Below are positions 32,917 through 49,650 of a DNA stretch of 64,000 nt, in pieces. Every line of letters starts with the position of its first letter. Positions within the stretch are counted from its first letter, which is position 1. The notes beneath the pieces are model-generated. The model was given only the letters and a program-made list of their open reading frames with translations, had not been told where the DNA came from and ran no database searches. The position numbers were made by a program, and so were the translations under genes. Location of the stretch: assembly GCF_009914755.1 (NCBI RefSeq), contig NC_060932.1. The stretch is one strand, 5' to 3'. Source of the stretch: the human T2T-CHM13v2.0 reference genome, Homo sapiens.

Positions 32917-34467
32917 ATAACATAATATTTCTTGAAATTATTTGTGTCATGTTTGCATGCTTGAGTATTTTATTAGAGTTGAATAATGGCATGAAGAAAA
33001 AAAAAAGATATCCCATAGAGGCTTCCACAGTCATCTCAAGGATCTTCCACAAAATGAAGCGCTATTGCCAGTTTTTCTACTTACACTGGATTGCTTACAA
33101 AATACCTGCTATCGTGGCAAAGGTTGCACTTATCTAAGAGGCTTCAGGTATTGCATCTGTCACTTGTATATCTGGGAGCTATACAAATATATTTGAGAGC
33201 TATGCAAACATATTTGTACCTTTGAGAGATACAGGGTATCACTATCTTTCCAAGTTCCCAAAATGAGGAGAAATATAGCACCAAGGGTCATTTGTACACA
33301 AGTCACTATTAACTTTCTTCATGAATTTCAGAGTGGTCTATTTTCAAGGAAAATGACAATAAATGAATAACACCTGCATCTGGATAACAAGACGAAAAAT
33401 GTTTTTTAGAGGAAGAAGTTTGGAAAGTGAGGACACCAGTTGTAAGGATTTGAGACAGTAGGATAGGGAGGCAGGGAGAAGCTGTGGAATTGAGACATCA
33501 CAGCTCCACGGAACGTCTGGGAAGCGGGTGGGTGGAAATCAGACAGTGCTGTGTAACTTCATCCTCCCCGCCCGTCCTCTGGGTCTGGCCCTTCACCTGG
33601 ACATTTCAGACGGCATCCGAGAGAAAAATTCTATTGTCTGTCGTCATCATTCTCTATCCTTTAGTAAATATTTCACACTGCTGTGAAGCCACATTGAAAT
33701 CGGCCCAGTGGAAAAGTGAGCAGGAATGAGGTCAGCCTGGAATAGAGGGTGATCAACAAAATGATTGACTTCTCAGGCCAGACAACCGTGTTTCTTCAGA
33801 GGCAGAACGCTCTCCTCTGGGGCTTTGAGGTGCTGAAAGTGGGAAGCAGCGCAAATGTGTGCTCATCTGTCGGGAAAAGCCGGAAGCATGTTGTGACAGG
33901 TTCGATGATCACCCTTCAACACCACAAATGCTCTAAGCTACAGATACATGCTGCTCCTTTACTGCACCTCTGTTACAGTTGATGTGAAAACCACAACAAC
34001 AATCATAAAATAAATCTGAGTGCATGTAGGACTCACTTGCAATACCTAAGTGAAGCAGTTTTCTTTTTGATGTAGTGACTGAGGGACATTTTCTCTCTCA
34101 AAATCATTCCTCTCTCATCGTTGGAAAATCAGGTTGGACAAGCCATTACTAGTCAATGAATTAAAACATACATCACTGAATTGCAAGCAAAATTTTACAT
34201 TTATTCTTCTTTGCAAAGAATATGCTTTTTATAGGCTCTTGACACAAATGTGAGTTTTTAGATGTGGAAAACCAACTAAGCCATATAATTCATGCCCTCT
34301 AAAAAGAAGAAGAAACCAAGGGAAAATCAATCAAAACATGTATTTGCCTGCCCAGAAATAACCTCAAGTAAAGAAATTCTTAATGTACATCTTTCCTACC
34401 CAAACTGAGAAAAAAATATTTCTGTGTTTTTAGGTCTGTTTATTTTCGGGAGACCATCTGATTAACT

Positions 34468-34818
34468 ATTTTATTTTATTTTATTTTATTTTATTTTATT
34501 TTATTTTATTTCATTTCATTTTTGAGGTGGAAACTCATTCTGTCACCCAGGCTGGAGTACAGTGGTGTGATCTAGGCTCACTACAATCTCCACGTCCCAG
34601 GTTCAAGCAATTCTCCTGCCTCAGCCTCTCAAGAAGCTGAGACTACAGGCACATGCCACCACACTTGGCTAATAATTTTTTTTTTTTTTTGTACTTTTAG
34701 TAGAGATGGGATTTCGCCATGTTAACCAGGCTGGTCTCAAACTCCTGAGCTCAGATAATCTGCCTGCCTTGGCCTCCCAAAGTGCTAGGATTATAGGCAT
34801 GAGCCACCATGACTGGCC
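34468..34818 (-). mobile_element. Alu with (ATTTT)n tail
   Basis: Reverse Alu; ATTAACTAT on both flanks. Confidence 0.88.
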
Positions 34819-35947
34819 TAATTAACTATATTTCCATGAATGCTAAAGAGACCGAGTCTTTCCAGCAGAAGACCCTGGAAGAAGAAGCCTTGAGCTCCTG
34901 AGCCTGGGATGCAGGTGCTGCTTCAGGTGAGGAGCCTGGGAGAGGAGAACCCAGGTTAGAGATGGTGACCCGGAAAACATGACTTGAAAAAGTCCTGGCC
35001 AATAGACATTTACAAGCTGGGCACTGCGGAAGGGGTTCAATATAGAAATATGGTTTCCTTTTCCCTTTAAAATGTACAGTAAATCCTTGCAGTTTACTCA
35101 TTTTGGTGTGACTGTGTGATCTGGAAGGAACTGAAAGCAGCATTGAATTCTATGTTGAAACAAATTACAGAAATAGGCCTTTTATGAAAACAGCCAGGCA
35201 TAAATATAAGACAATTGAAAAAAGTAGCATGGATGAGGTACTCTCCAACATGAAGGTTTACTGAGACACAGTCAATCATGCACATCAGAGGGATGCGGGA
35301 GAAGACAGGGCAGGGTGGGCAGCTGTGACCACCCTGTCTTAAATCCACAGGAGCCTCGGAGCAGGCAGGAAAGAGAAGGATGTGGGCTCTGCCTCGCTTG
35401 GCCTCTGTTTTCAGGCGGATTAATTCTAATGTTGAAAGACATGAATTACAGGCCAAAGCAAAGTCTCTAAATGCAATGTAATTACTTAATGGCATAGAAT
35501 CAATAGCCTCTTCTAATCCTGGAAGAAGCAGACTGTGCTGGAGTTACTAAGAAACAGTTTGTGTGATGTTCGGCTTTTGTATTGCGTCTAAGAATATGTT
35601 GATTTTCGGTGTAATATATTTTCTGTGAAATGACAAAGATCCCTAAACCTGTATAACCACGGCCAGTAATGCAGGTCCTGCCAGTCCCTGCTTGATGGTA
35701 CAAGGCCAGGGAACTTAGGGAGAAGAGGGGAAGCTACAGGAGTCTCCTCCACTGTGAACACTCGAGGAATTCCCGGGAGCTAAGAAACTGGTATAAAACA
35801 CTTTCTGCTTGATGCCAAAAAGCAAATGTACAAAGCTGAACATATTCAACATTTAAAAGCAAGAATTGTGTATCTCCCACGTCTTCAAGAAAGCTTGCTA
35901 ATGCAGGGAAAAAATGTAGTCATGGTTCAGACTTGGAATGTTTAAAC

Positions 35948-36573
35948 TGTCAGAGTTGTTTGATCCAGAGTGACTCCATCTTCAATAGGGGCTGTATAAA
36001 ATGAGGCTGAGACCTACTAGGCTAAATTCATAGGAGGTCAGGTGTTCTAAGTCACAGGATGAGGTAGGAGGTCGGCACAAGGTATAGATCACAAAGACCT
36101 TCCTGACAAAAAGACGCCGTAAAGAAGCCGGCCCAAATCCACCAAAACCAAGATGGCGACTAAAGTGACCTGTGGTCATTCCCACTGCTCATTATATACT
36201 AATTATAATGTATTAGCATGCTAAAAGACACTCCCACCAGCACGATGACAGTTTACAAATGCCATGGCAATGCCAAGAAGTTACCCTAAAGGGTCTAAAA
36301 AGGAGAGAAATCCTAGTTAAAGGAATTGTCTACCCCTTTCCCAGAAAACTCACTAATAATCCATCCCTCATTTAGCATATAATCAAGAAATAATAGCAAG
36401 TATAAGCAGCTGAGTGGCCCATGCTGCTGCTCTATGGATTAGCCATTCTTCATTCCTTAACTTTCCTAATAAACTTGTTTTTACTTTACTCTGTGGACTC
36501 GCCCCAAATTCTTTCTTGTGTGAGATCCAAGAACCTCTCTTGGGGTCTGGATCCGCACCCCTTTCCGGTAACA
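35948..36573 (+). mobile_element. Solo MER41B LTR (ERV1)
   Basis: TGTCAGAG…GACTCCATCTT…CAAGATGGCG…AAGAACCTCTCTTGGGGTCTGGATC…GGTAACA; 4-bp TSD AAAC. Confidence 0.88.
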
Positions 36574-37459
36574 AAACCATTACAGATACTCTTATACTTC
36601 AGGAGGGGAATAATTAGATTTCTTTTCATGCCAGCTTCTCACCATAGCTTTAGCTTCTCAATTCTATTTGATTATATCACAGCTGATGAAGTGGTTGCTG
36701 ATTCAGATGGGGGTGAAAGGTTGGGCAGGCAGGACTCATGCCTGAGCCACAGCTGCAAACAGTGCTCCATAATCACTGAAACTTGTTGGTAATGCAGGTC
36801 ACTCATCTCAGTCTCCATACTGTTCCTTCCATCACTGGAGACCAGTGAGTTGTGAGAGTTTCATTCCTGGGAGAGTGGATAATGACCATGCCCGTTCATT
36901 CAACGGCAGGAAACTAAAGATAAGAGAAGCTCCTGGCAAGTGCTGGCTCACCATGGATACATCCATGCTGAAGGGTTATCCCTTTCTGAAGGGTCACTGG
37001 CCACAGCCTTCTCTGGGGCACCCCATGATGTCACTCACACCTTCTTCTCTCATGCTTTCCAAATGTACCCTTCTGCTCTCAAGAAGTGTGGAAAACACAC
37101 AAAAACCCAGCAATTGCATAGAGTAACTAGAATACTGCATTAAAGAGCCTCTAGACTTACATTGCTTCAGAAGTTCAGAAAGATGGTAACATCATCATTA
37201 ATTCTGTCTTCACATTACTAACCAGGATGACATGGAGGGTGGGAAGCAGAAGGCTAGAGACCATGATCTGTGCATGTCTGGAGTCACACATTTTTTTGCA
37301 CACTGACGCTGTTGCAAACATTTTTCACTGCAGACCCCAGCAGCTCTTTATAACAGAACTGTGTCTGTTAACAAGGGTTAGCTATCCTACAACCACGGAA
37401 GACATAAAGTCTGTGTGCAATTTGAAGCTGAATTTGTTTATGAATGAATGAAGCTGTAA

Positions 37460-37810
<351 letters not shown>

Positions 37811-39646
37811 TCAAATACTTTTTAGGCTTCAATGGAACTACTGTCTTTCAAGAAGCAATGTTCCATTTAACTTTTCATGTGTATGCAAAACTTTTACCAT
37901 TGCTGTTGAGTAATTTATAAGTTGCATTTATGATTCTAGTTCTTCCAAAAAAACTTAGTTTTGACAAAAAGACATCAATTTTCTGCATAAACACACTAGT
38001 AGGAGCAAAGCAAGAGAAGGAGGTATATTAGAAATTTATAAAATATTGAGGATGTTAGAGTCGTCATATACTCTTGAGGACAAGAAAAATAAATTTCCTC
38101 TATAAATGATGTTCTTTTCTTTCTACTTTTCCGTATCTTTGACATTTTGATGAAAACGTATTACTTTAAATAAGCATAATTTTTAAAATACATGCCTACC
38201 AAGGACAACATTTGCATATAAGACACCAGGATATTTGCATGCAATATATTGTCTGATGATGGGATAGATTTTATAATCTTTATCAAAAACCAAGGAAAGC
38301 CCCTTATAAAGGCAGACAAGGTCAGTCACTTTAGTGTTTCCAGGAGAAAAAATGTTGAGGCAGCCCAGTTTCTTTACACATCTCACATACTTTGGTCTAA
38401 ACGTGATTCTGCTTTTGCAAAGTCAGATAGAATTTATTTGAAAAAATTAGAAGTAGTAAGAGACGGGTTGTTTCAACAGGCCACTCTCTAATAAAGTCCA
38501 TTTTTAAAAACTACTGGGTAATTATTTACATTTTAATAAAAGGTGTAACTTATAACAATGTAACACCTTTTAATGCATTAGCATCTCCATTCATTCAATG
38601 GCTACTTACACAGGATCAGAGAGATCTTTGTCTCCTGATTAACTGTTAAGCATCATCCTCATTCTCTTCCCATTACTCTTTAAATGATCTAATTGCTGAA
38701 AACTGAAGGGTTTTTACACTGAACTGTTTTGAAGTCATGAATTTCCCAATTTGAGATGATTAGAAACGATTGATACATAATATAACACTGTTATACTCCA
38801 CCTTTTTAAAAAATACGTAATAGTATCAATAATGTTTTCTGGAGGAATCTTTATTAAAGGAAAGAAACCATTGCTAAGAAAAAATTTTTCTCCAGATCTG
38901 AAGAAAATACTTAACAGTGGCCATTAGTATCTGTAGCCTCCAGCAAAATTGAGACCTAGAAAAACTAAATATTGCTTTTTATTTTTGAACACACAGTTTA
39001 TCTCTGAACAAGATCATTTCTTCCAGATCTCAACCTTTACAGTCATGACAAGCTCCACGCAAAGACTTAATCCAAGCTTCTGAAAGTGTATGAACAGTTT
39101 ATGTGGTCATTTTTTCAATGCAAAACAAAAGTGAAACAAATTAGGAGAAAATTCTTTACTTTGCAGAATCTTTGAGCAATCTCAAATATTTTTTAAAAGG
39201 TTTAAATTAAAAGATAAGTATAAAGGTGTAAAAGTACCCAAAGTTAATAAAACACAAACAAAATAAAATAGGTATTTAGTTAGGATAAGAGATGCATGCG
39301 TGATATTTTGTTTTTTGTTTTGTTTTGTTAAATTTCCATTTAAGCTTAGTTTTTATAATAAAATGTGAAATTGTATAATGCATTTTAAACATATTTCCTA
39401 TATTGTTACTAAGATCTAAACTATTTCAAAATACGTAATTAGATAAAATACTGTATTTGAAGTCATCTTACGAGATGTGAAGAGCTACAGAAAGGTAATA
39501 TGATCAATATTTATTCCCTTCTAGTGCCTGATAAATTAGATATTATTGTGTTTTTGTAGTAGAAATATGAGTTTCAACTGTCAAAAAATTGTAATATTTT
39601 TATTAAATAATTTTATTATAAACATATGAACACCTTCAGCTCCTTA

Positions 39647-39943
<297 letters not shown>

Positions 39944-40299
39944 TCACATTTATTTTTTGAACTTTTAAAACATTTTCACTTTATGGTTTAAAACTCAAAT
40001 ATGTTGTTTTTATAAAGATTAAAAACTCTGTCCTAGGCAAGAATAGGCAGTGCATTTGATTAAAATATACTGTAATCATTATTTCGCTTATGATTTCTTT
40101 TGAAGAAAGCACCAATGGTAGGCCTATATAATAGAGTAGACAGAAGTAAAGGGTGAATCATTTGCTCAGAATCACCTTACTCTGATTTTAGTTAAAATTA
40201 AAATAATTTTACTTAAAAAATTTTTAAAAGTAACTGAATCCAAAGATGATTTTTTTTAAATTAAAAGATTCAGAAAAGGCCTTCTGAAGTATATTTTTA

Positions 40300-40645
<346 letters not shown>

Positions 40646-41649
40646 ATATATAAAAGTGCATATAAAATGTGGAAGAGTCTGTGTCAAGCAGTGGTGGGAG
40701 GTGTGTGAATTGGCATAAGGTTTTCAGAGGACAATGTGTTACTAATAATCAACATATTTAATGTGTATCCTCTGATGCATTCTTAGATACATCATTGAAC
40801 CTTGGTAGAAAATAACAAAACATAGGTCTTAAGACTTTTAGTTAATAATAAAATAGAGAAAACCTGGAAATATAATCAAATCTGAACATTAATTGGTCAA
40901 AGCTTGTGACGCATATCGTTTACTAGGCAAATTAGTAAATGTACCCAGTACCAAACTGATTTAGTAAATGATGAAAATGTATCAGTACAAATAAGGGGTA
41001 GGTCATCAATTAAAAGTGGGGTTAAATTGTGCTATATTAAACGGACTGAATACCATTCAGAACTCAGAGTAAGGGCATTGGGTGCATACCGTGTTTGTTA
41101 GAGACAGACTTCTGTATGTGATTTTAAGGGTAAGAATGGGATAAAAATAAGTTGTGAAATAACATTCCATGTTTTATGGGGGCTCATGTGTATTTGCATG
41201 TGTGGATAAATGTATGCATGTATACATGTGAACACGTGTACATGTGTGGCTATTAATGGGTCTCTCTATGTAGGACTTACAGGCTTAGAATGCTTTAGAC
41301 CGAAATGTTAATCGTTTTTATCTCCAGAAGGAAGGTTAAGACACATGGGATACAAAATTAAACACAGATGATAGTTGATTATCCCACCCTCTTTTTCGGA
41401 TCTTTGCACCTTTTACTGAGATAAATATTATATTTTCTGCAATCTTAGTAAGATGATAAAAGCACGTGATTTTATGTGTGAGATAAAAACACTTTTGAGA
41501 TCTTATATCTAAAATAAGATTTTTCTAAGCACACACGCAAATTCAAAAATGATTACATTTCTCATTCATCAAAACAAAGCAAAAGAAACAGACAAGTTAA
41601 AAATTAATCCCCCTAGCTGTCTGAACTAAATTAAGGGCAAAATTCTTTA

Positions 41650-41808
<159 letters not shown>

Positions 41809-41951
41809 CTAAGAAAACAAAATGGAGATTTTTGATTTCACTGAATATCTATTAATTGCCCCAATGGATCATTATCCTAAGAATTTGGTAAAAAATAAAT
41901 ATTAACTTATTTTCTCTGCTTTCTAAGTTTTCAGTTGACAAAACTATTTTA

Positions 41952-42259
<308 letters not shown>

Positions 42260-45200
42260 TTAGCAACACTTTATTCAATGAAAAATAAGCAAAGGATCAA
42301 ACCCCATGATGATTTGATGAGGAATTTAAAATTCCTCACAAAAGATTATTATAATGCCAAATTCACATTAATACGTTGCCGTATTCATACACACTGACTT
42401 ATACACGTGATTCTCTGGCATATAATAGGAATCCCTTGCTGTTTTCCACTCTACAATTTCATGTATCCTACAGGTTATGAAAGGTGTGTGAACACACCTC
42501 CTCCAAGTGAAACATAACTACATGCTTTGTGACTTCAAATTTAACTGATGCTGTGTATTCAGATTGACGATACAGAGGGCCTTTATATTTGCAGGAAAAC
42601 CTGTGATTTGGTATATACTTACAAGCAATGAACAACTAATTCTTTTCTTATTTATTGTAAGATTTGCACTACAATCATTCTAAGCCATTATAAACAAGAA
42701 ATGGAGGTGTGTGCACTAGTTGTGTGTGTCAGAATTCCAACGGAAACAATTACTGTTAATATTTGTTAGTATGACGGAAGTAATCTAACTGTAACAGTGT
42801 GTGTGCCCATGTGTGTATAGACACACATACATATATTTATGTAACCAACTCCATACACACATATCTAATATAACTTGTCTTTTAAGATTTTATAATTTCC
42901 CAGAGAAAAACACAAAGAAGGCATGTAGGCTAGGTGAATTTTCCCAATAGATGAAATGCTCTAAAAACTTTTTTCAGGAATTAGAGAGCGAGAGGACTTA
43001 ATAATTTCTCTACAGATCTTGCTCATACCATCCTCACCCACCCACCACCTCCCCAAGTTCATTAGATTTTTATCATACTGGAGGCCCAAAACTTGGGTCA
43101 CAAAAGTGAATCATCCACAGATAATTTCTACTCTTTTTCAAGAAATATTTAGCTGACATCCACCTCATACTAGAAACTAAGAAAAAAGGAGGGAAGGGGA
43201 TAGTAACATGGTCTTAGGACTATCATGCTCTAACGTGTTTGGTAATTTCCAAGACAAACATGGATTTTGAGTACAAGATGTCAGGAGCCAGAATGCCCAG
43301 CTCATTCTGGACATGGCCCCAACGTCTTCCTTGAGGAACCTCCTTCACCTGGGTTCTAACCCGTCACACACACTGAGTCCCAGTGAGCAAACTCAATTGC
43401 CAAGAGAGAAAAGCTGTTCACTGCTATCTACGCTGCTGCCGGAAATCATGAGAATGTGATGAGAAGAACAAACAAAGGGTTATGGGGCTTCAGCCGCGGG
43501 AACTGTCAATGCTTCATGGTGAGGGGATGGCACTATCAGCAAGAAGGATTAGTGGAAGAATGGAATATAAGAAATTATATCAGCGAACGGAATACAAAAA
43601 GCAAAATGGTGGCGGGGACAAATGCAGCAAATAGTCAACTTCAGCTAACACTCCGTGGATAAAAAACAAACAGGGGGATTGGAATGCAAAGGCCTGTGGC
43701 AAGGATCTCAAAGGCCACCCTGAAAACAAACACTTTGCTCCATAAATAACAGGAGTGACTAAGGATGTTTATCACGATACTAACATGCTTAGATTTGTGT
43801 TTTAGAAAGAATTCTTGGCTATGCTTTTGGATGAGAATAGAGGAAACTGGGTTATCTGAAGACCTGTCTTATTAATAATATCGCTTCGCATTTTCAGCCT
43901 GTGTTGACAGACAGGGAGCAGCCTCTTCCTACCTGGTAAGGATCACATCACCCCGTAGTGTCTGGATTGCACATCTGCCTCACCCCTCACCATAAGCCTG
44001 CCAGGGACATGGACCAGATTCCTTTCATCTTTGCATCCCTGTACTTACAAATACTGTGAGATTAATTGTTTAGTTAATTAGTTTATTTATCAGGAAAGAG
44101 TAACGAATGGGGGAAGAAAGTAAAAGATGAGACAGAATGCATTTTCATTAAAGATTCGCTGTAACTACGTTATTCCACGCTGAAGCTTTCTGCCAGATAG
44201 GATGTGATCGTTTGTGTGATTAAACTTTTCAAATTGGGAAATTATAAACGATATTTAGGATATGAGTATGACTTCTTTAGCTGAAAATTTTTAATTGTGT
44301 AATGATGACAATAATATTTTGTATTTAACTAAAATCATAGAATATGGCTGCTAAATTCCATTGTAATAAATATATTTTGTCATGTTTCCATGAACAGAAG
44401 ACTTTTTTGTGATAATCAGGGGAATACTGCTGAGCATTTAGGTAAAAAAAAAAAAAATTATTTCATTCAAATTCAGAATTAAGGCTAAAGTTAAATGAGG
44501 GACTTTAAAGAATTTGGTCCAACTTAAAATTTGGAATCCAGAACCCATTTTAAGTATTACTGCCCATTTATCATAACAAAGGGAACAGCAAGGTTTGGGG
44601 AGGGTGTGCATTACATTCGTAAGAGGCCCGGGAATCATGACACAATAGAAGTTTACAAAAACACTGGCTCCCACACACAAGTTTCTTACACATCAAATAT
44701 CTTTCTTGTCACATGTTAAAAATGCTTTATCTCAAATACGTCTAACATTAGAATTTTTACCTGCTTTATATGCAGAGTGAGTGCTGTCTCAGACATAAAT
44801 AAAAACCTTGACTATGTAGCGTTTTCAATTTTCCTATTGGAAAGAGGGACATAGTCTTTAAGATGATGACAGCTACTATCTGGTTTACTCCAGAAAAGAA
44901 TCTGATCCAAGATAAATTGTCCTGGTCAAGAGTGAGAGTGAGCATTGCATAAATGAAGTGCAGAGCGACCAGGGAAGGCCCTTCTGGAAATGAAGTCATT
45001 TTGGAAAATTAGCTGGAATTGGAAGCAATGTTTAGGAGGGAAACAGGAAGTCAGGGTTCAGCAGGTGAAACAGTCAAGACTCTGCCTGCTTCTCCGTCCC
45101 TCAGCACTTACAGGTTGACTCAAGGATGCAGTGATTTCGATCATGATCTGGTTACTGAGTTCACTGAATGTATGTGCCATTCATGCACAGACATATACAC

Positions 45201-45498
45201 AGAGTTCTGACCCACCCGCTACTTTATGAGAAATCCTCCGTTGCTCATAAAAACAACCAACTGAAAGAACTATGTTTGGGAAACCTAAGAAGAAAGCCAA
45301 ATTAATTCTCTCTGATTATTTCGGATCATAACCCTAGAGGGGACTGTGAGCATTAATATCACATTGGTAAAAGGACTGTAATGGACATTGTGCGGGATAT
45401 GTTTGGAAGGCCTGCTACTTAAATGCAACTCATTTGCTTTTATATGAAATATTTCACTAAGCTCTAGCATACTTGTTTATCAAATGACAGAAAAATTA

Positions 45499-45951
<453 letters not shown>

Positions 45952-46258
45952 CTATAAAGACAAATGATTAAATTATTTTAGAAAGTCTCGCGGAGTTGTC
46001 TGTTCGAAGTCAATCCTCATATTAACTTAAGAGATACAAAGATTATTTCAGTTTTCTATCACTTTTATATTAATATGGGAATCAAAGGAAAAATGTTTTG
46101 TTTTTTAGGGGATTTTCTTTGTTTTAACGTTTCATCTTATAGTTTCAGTAAAAGCAACATGCATAATTACTAATGCTTTTGGGGTCTCTTCCTATGAGTT
46201 CAATTTAAAACTAAAAGAATCCATCATTAGAAAGTTAGGGCTTACAAAATATAGAGAG

Positions 46259-46772
46259 GTGTGTGTGTCTGTGTGTGTGTGTATGTGTGTGGGGGGTATG
46301 TATATGTGGGGGGGTATGTCTCTGTGTGTATGTGTGTGTGTGGGGTGTGTGTGTATCTGTGTGTGTGGTATGTGTGTATGTGTGTGTGGGGTGTGTGTGT
46401 ATGTGTGTATTGGGGGTATGTCTGTGTGTGTGTATGTGTGTGTGGGGGGTTATGTCTGTGTGTGTATGTGTGTGTGTGGGTGTATGTGTGTGTGTATGTG
46501 TGTGGGGGGGGTTATGTCTGTGCGTGTATGTGTGTGTGTGGGTGTATGTGTGTGTGGTGTATGTCTGCGTGTGTATGTATGTGTGTGTGGGAGGTTATGT
46601 CTGTGTGTGTATGTGTGTGTGTATGTGTGGGGGGCGTATGTCTGTATGTGTGTGTATGTGTGTGTGGGGTTATGTCTGTGTGTGTGTGGGTGTATGTGTG
46701 TGGGGGTATGTCTGTGTGTGTGTGTATATGTGTGTGTGGGGGGTTATGTCTGTGTGAATGTGTGGGTATGTC
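46259..46772. repeat. ~510-bp degenerate (TG)n/GGGG-TTATGTCT minisatellite
   Basis: Read directly. Confidence 0.95.
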
Positions 46773-46995
46773 TTAATTTTCCCCCAGTTATCTTATTTAC
46801 TTTGGCTTCACTTTTGCTGAGAAAATGAAAAACACTGTACACAGATGTTCAATGCACTTTTTAAAGCATCATGGAAGAGACCTCCAATTAAATCCCAGCC
46901 ATTTGATATCCAGTCTTTAGATTGCCAGTACTCTATTTCATTATATTTCTACATGAGAAGGGGCCAAGTCAGCTCCCCTCATCTGTTTAACATAG

Positions 46996-47482
<487 letters not shown>

Positions 47483-48322
47483 ACAATGGCAATTTTCAAG
47501 CCTCAAAGAATAAAGAAGTTAGAGATAACATGTGTAATTCTTTGAATGTTAATTAGCATTATGTTAAATATTAATTGATGGACAGAACATTTTCCATGAT
47601 GAATTAAGCTCCTTAGAATATGGTAATGCTAAGGATAAGGCACCTTGTTAATGATTAGTCAAGAAATTTCCTGAATCCCTGCATTACAATTGCTTGAAAA
47701 ACTTAAGTTGTATTCTAAAAGTCAAAGGAAAACAGCTCAGACATCTGTCAGCTTTGATCTGTTCATCAAAGCTGACAGAAATTTAAGCAGAGATTTTACT
47801 TAAATAAGCTCAGCCTTCATGCTAGTGTCTTAATTCAAAATCATGTTATCACTCTAAAACACTTCTCTAAAACACTTCTATTTAGGTTTTTACGATTTTA
47901 AATAGAAACATTTTATTTTCACTTTTAGATGGAGGATATTTCTATAAGCTCAACTTCAAAACTGAAGGTTTCCAATAGAATGCTGGCATCACTCACTCTA
48001 CCAACGCAGATATATCCCTCAGATATTTCTCTCCACCTTAACCATGTGAAGTCAACCAGGTTATGTCAGACCTATCTTTCCTTTTCCTCAAAAGCTTCAA
48101 GTTCAAGTTTTTAAAAAACTTAGCACAAATAAAGATTGAAAATATATTTTATTTGCGCTCAGTCACATACAATTCAAACATATCATTTTGCAAATGATCT
48201 TTTTCCATAAAACAATTAGTTTTAAATTTTAGACAAGAAGTATAAATAAAAAGTGGAAACGTCATCACTGGGCCAAAATTTTGATTCCCAAATTATTAGC
48301 GATGGTAAAGTAATTCTTTTGA

Positions 48323-48604
<282 letters not shown>

Positions 48605-48612
48605 ATATGTTT

Positions 48613-49051
48613 TGTGATTGTTAATACTGAATGTCATCTTGATTGGATTGAAGGATAGAAAGTATTGATCCTGGGTATGTCTGTGAGGGTGTTGCCCAAG
48701 GAGATTAATATTTGAGTCAGTGGGCTGGGGAAGGCAGACCCACCCTTAATTTGGGTGGGCACCATCTAATAAACTGCAGCATGTCTAGAATATAAGCAGG
48801 CAGAAAAATGTGAAATGAGAGACTGGCCTAGTCTCCCAGCCTACATCTTTCTCCTGTGCTGGATGCTTCTTGCCCCTGAACGTCAAACTCCAAGTTCTTC
48901 AGTTTTGGGACTCGGAATGGCTCTTCTTGTTCCTCAGCCTGCAGACAGCATATTGTGGGAATTTGTGATCATGTGAGTTAATGCTTAATAAACTCCCCTT
49001 TATATATGTAACTATTCCATTAGTTCTGTCCCTCTAGAGAACTCTAATACA
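48613..49051 (+). mobile_element. Solo MLT2A LTR (HERV-L)
   Basis: TGTGAT.GTTAATACTGA.TGTCA.CTTGATTGGATTGAAGGA…CTCTAGAGAAC..TAATACA; 5-bp TSD TGTTT. Confidence 0.9.
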
Positions 49052-49261
49052 TGTTTCAAAGTATAACTACAAAGAAACACTTTGTGCAAGCATAGAATAA
49101 AAGAGTATTGCCTTATGATAGTAGAGGACATTTTTGAAAAGTCAAAGATGAAATTCAGGAAAACTGACTCAGAACTTTTGTCTTTTACTACCTTGATAAA
49201 TAGTGCTTGTGCCTGTCCGTTCTTCCTCAGATCAAAATGCTAAGCACCAGAACTACAATGA

Positions 49262-49650
<389 letters not shown>

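Noticed and set aside
42315-42340. TGAGGAATTT-A-AAATTCCTCA palindrome and similar 9-11 bp inverted repeats (38538-38571, 40916-40972)
   Set aside because: Short, AT-rich arms near background expectation for this base composition.
46259-46828. 164-189 aa Cys/Val-rich ORFs in three frames
   Set aside because: Translations of a stop-free (TG)n repeat.
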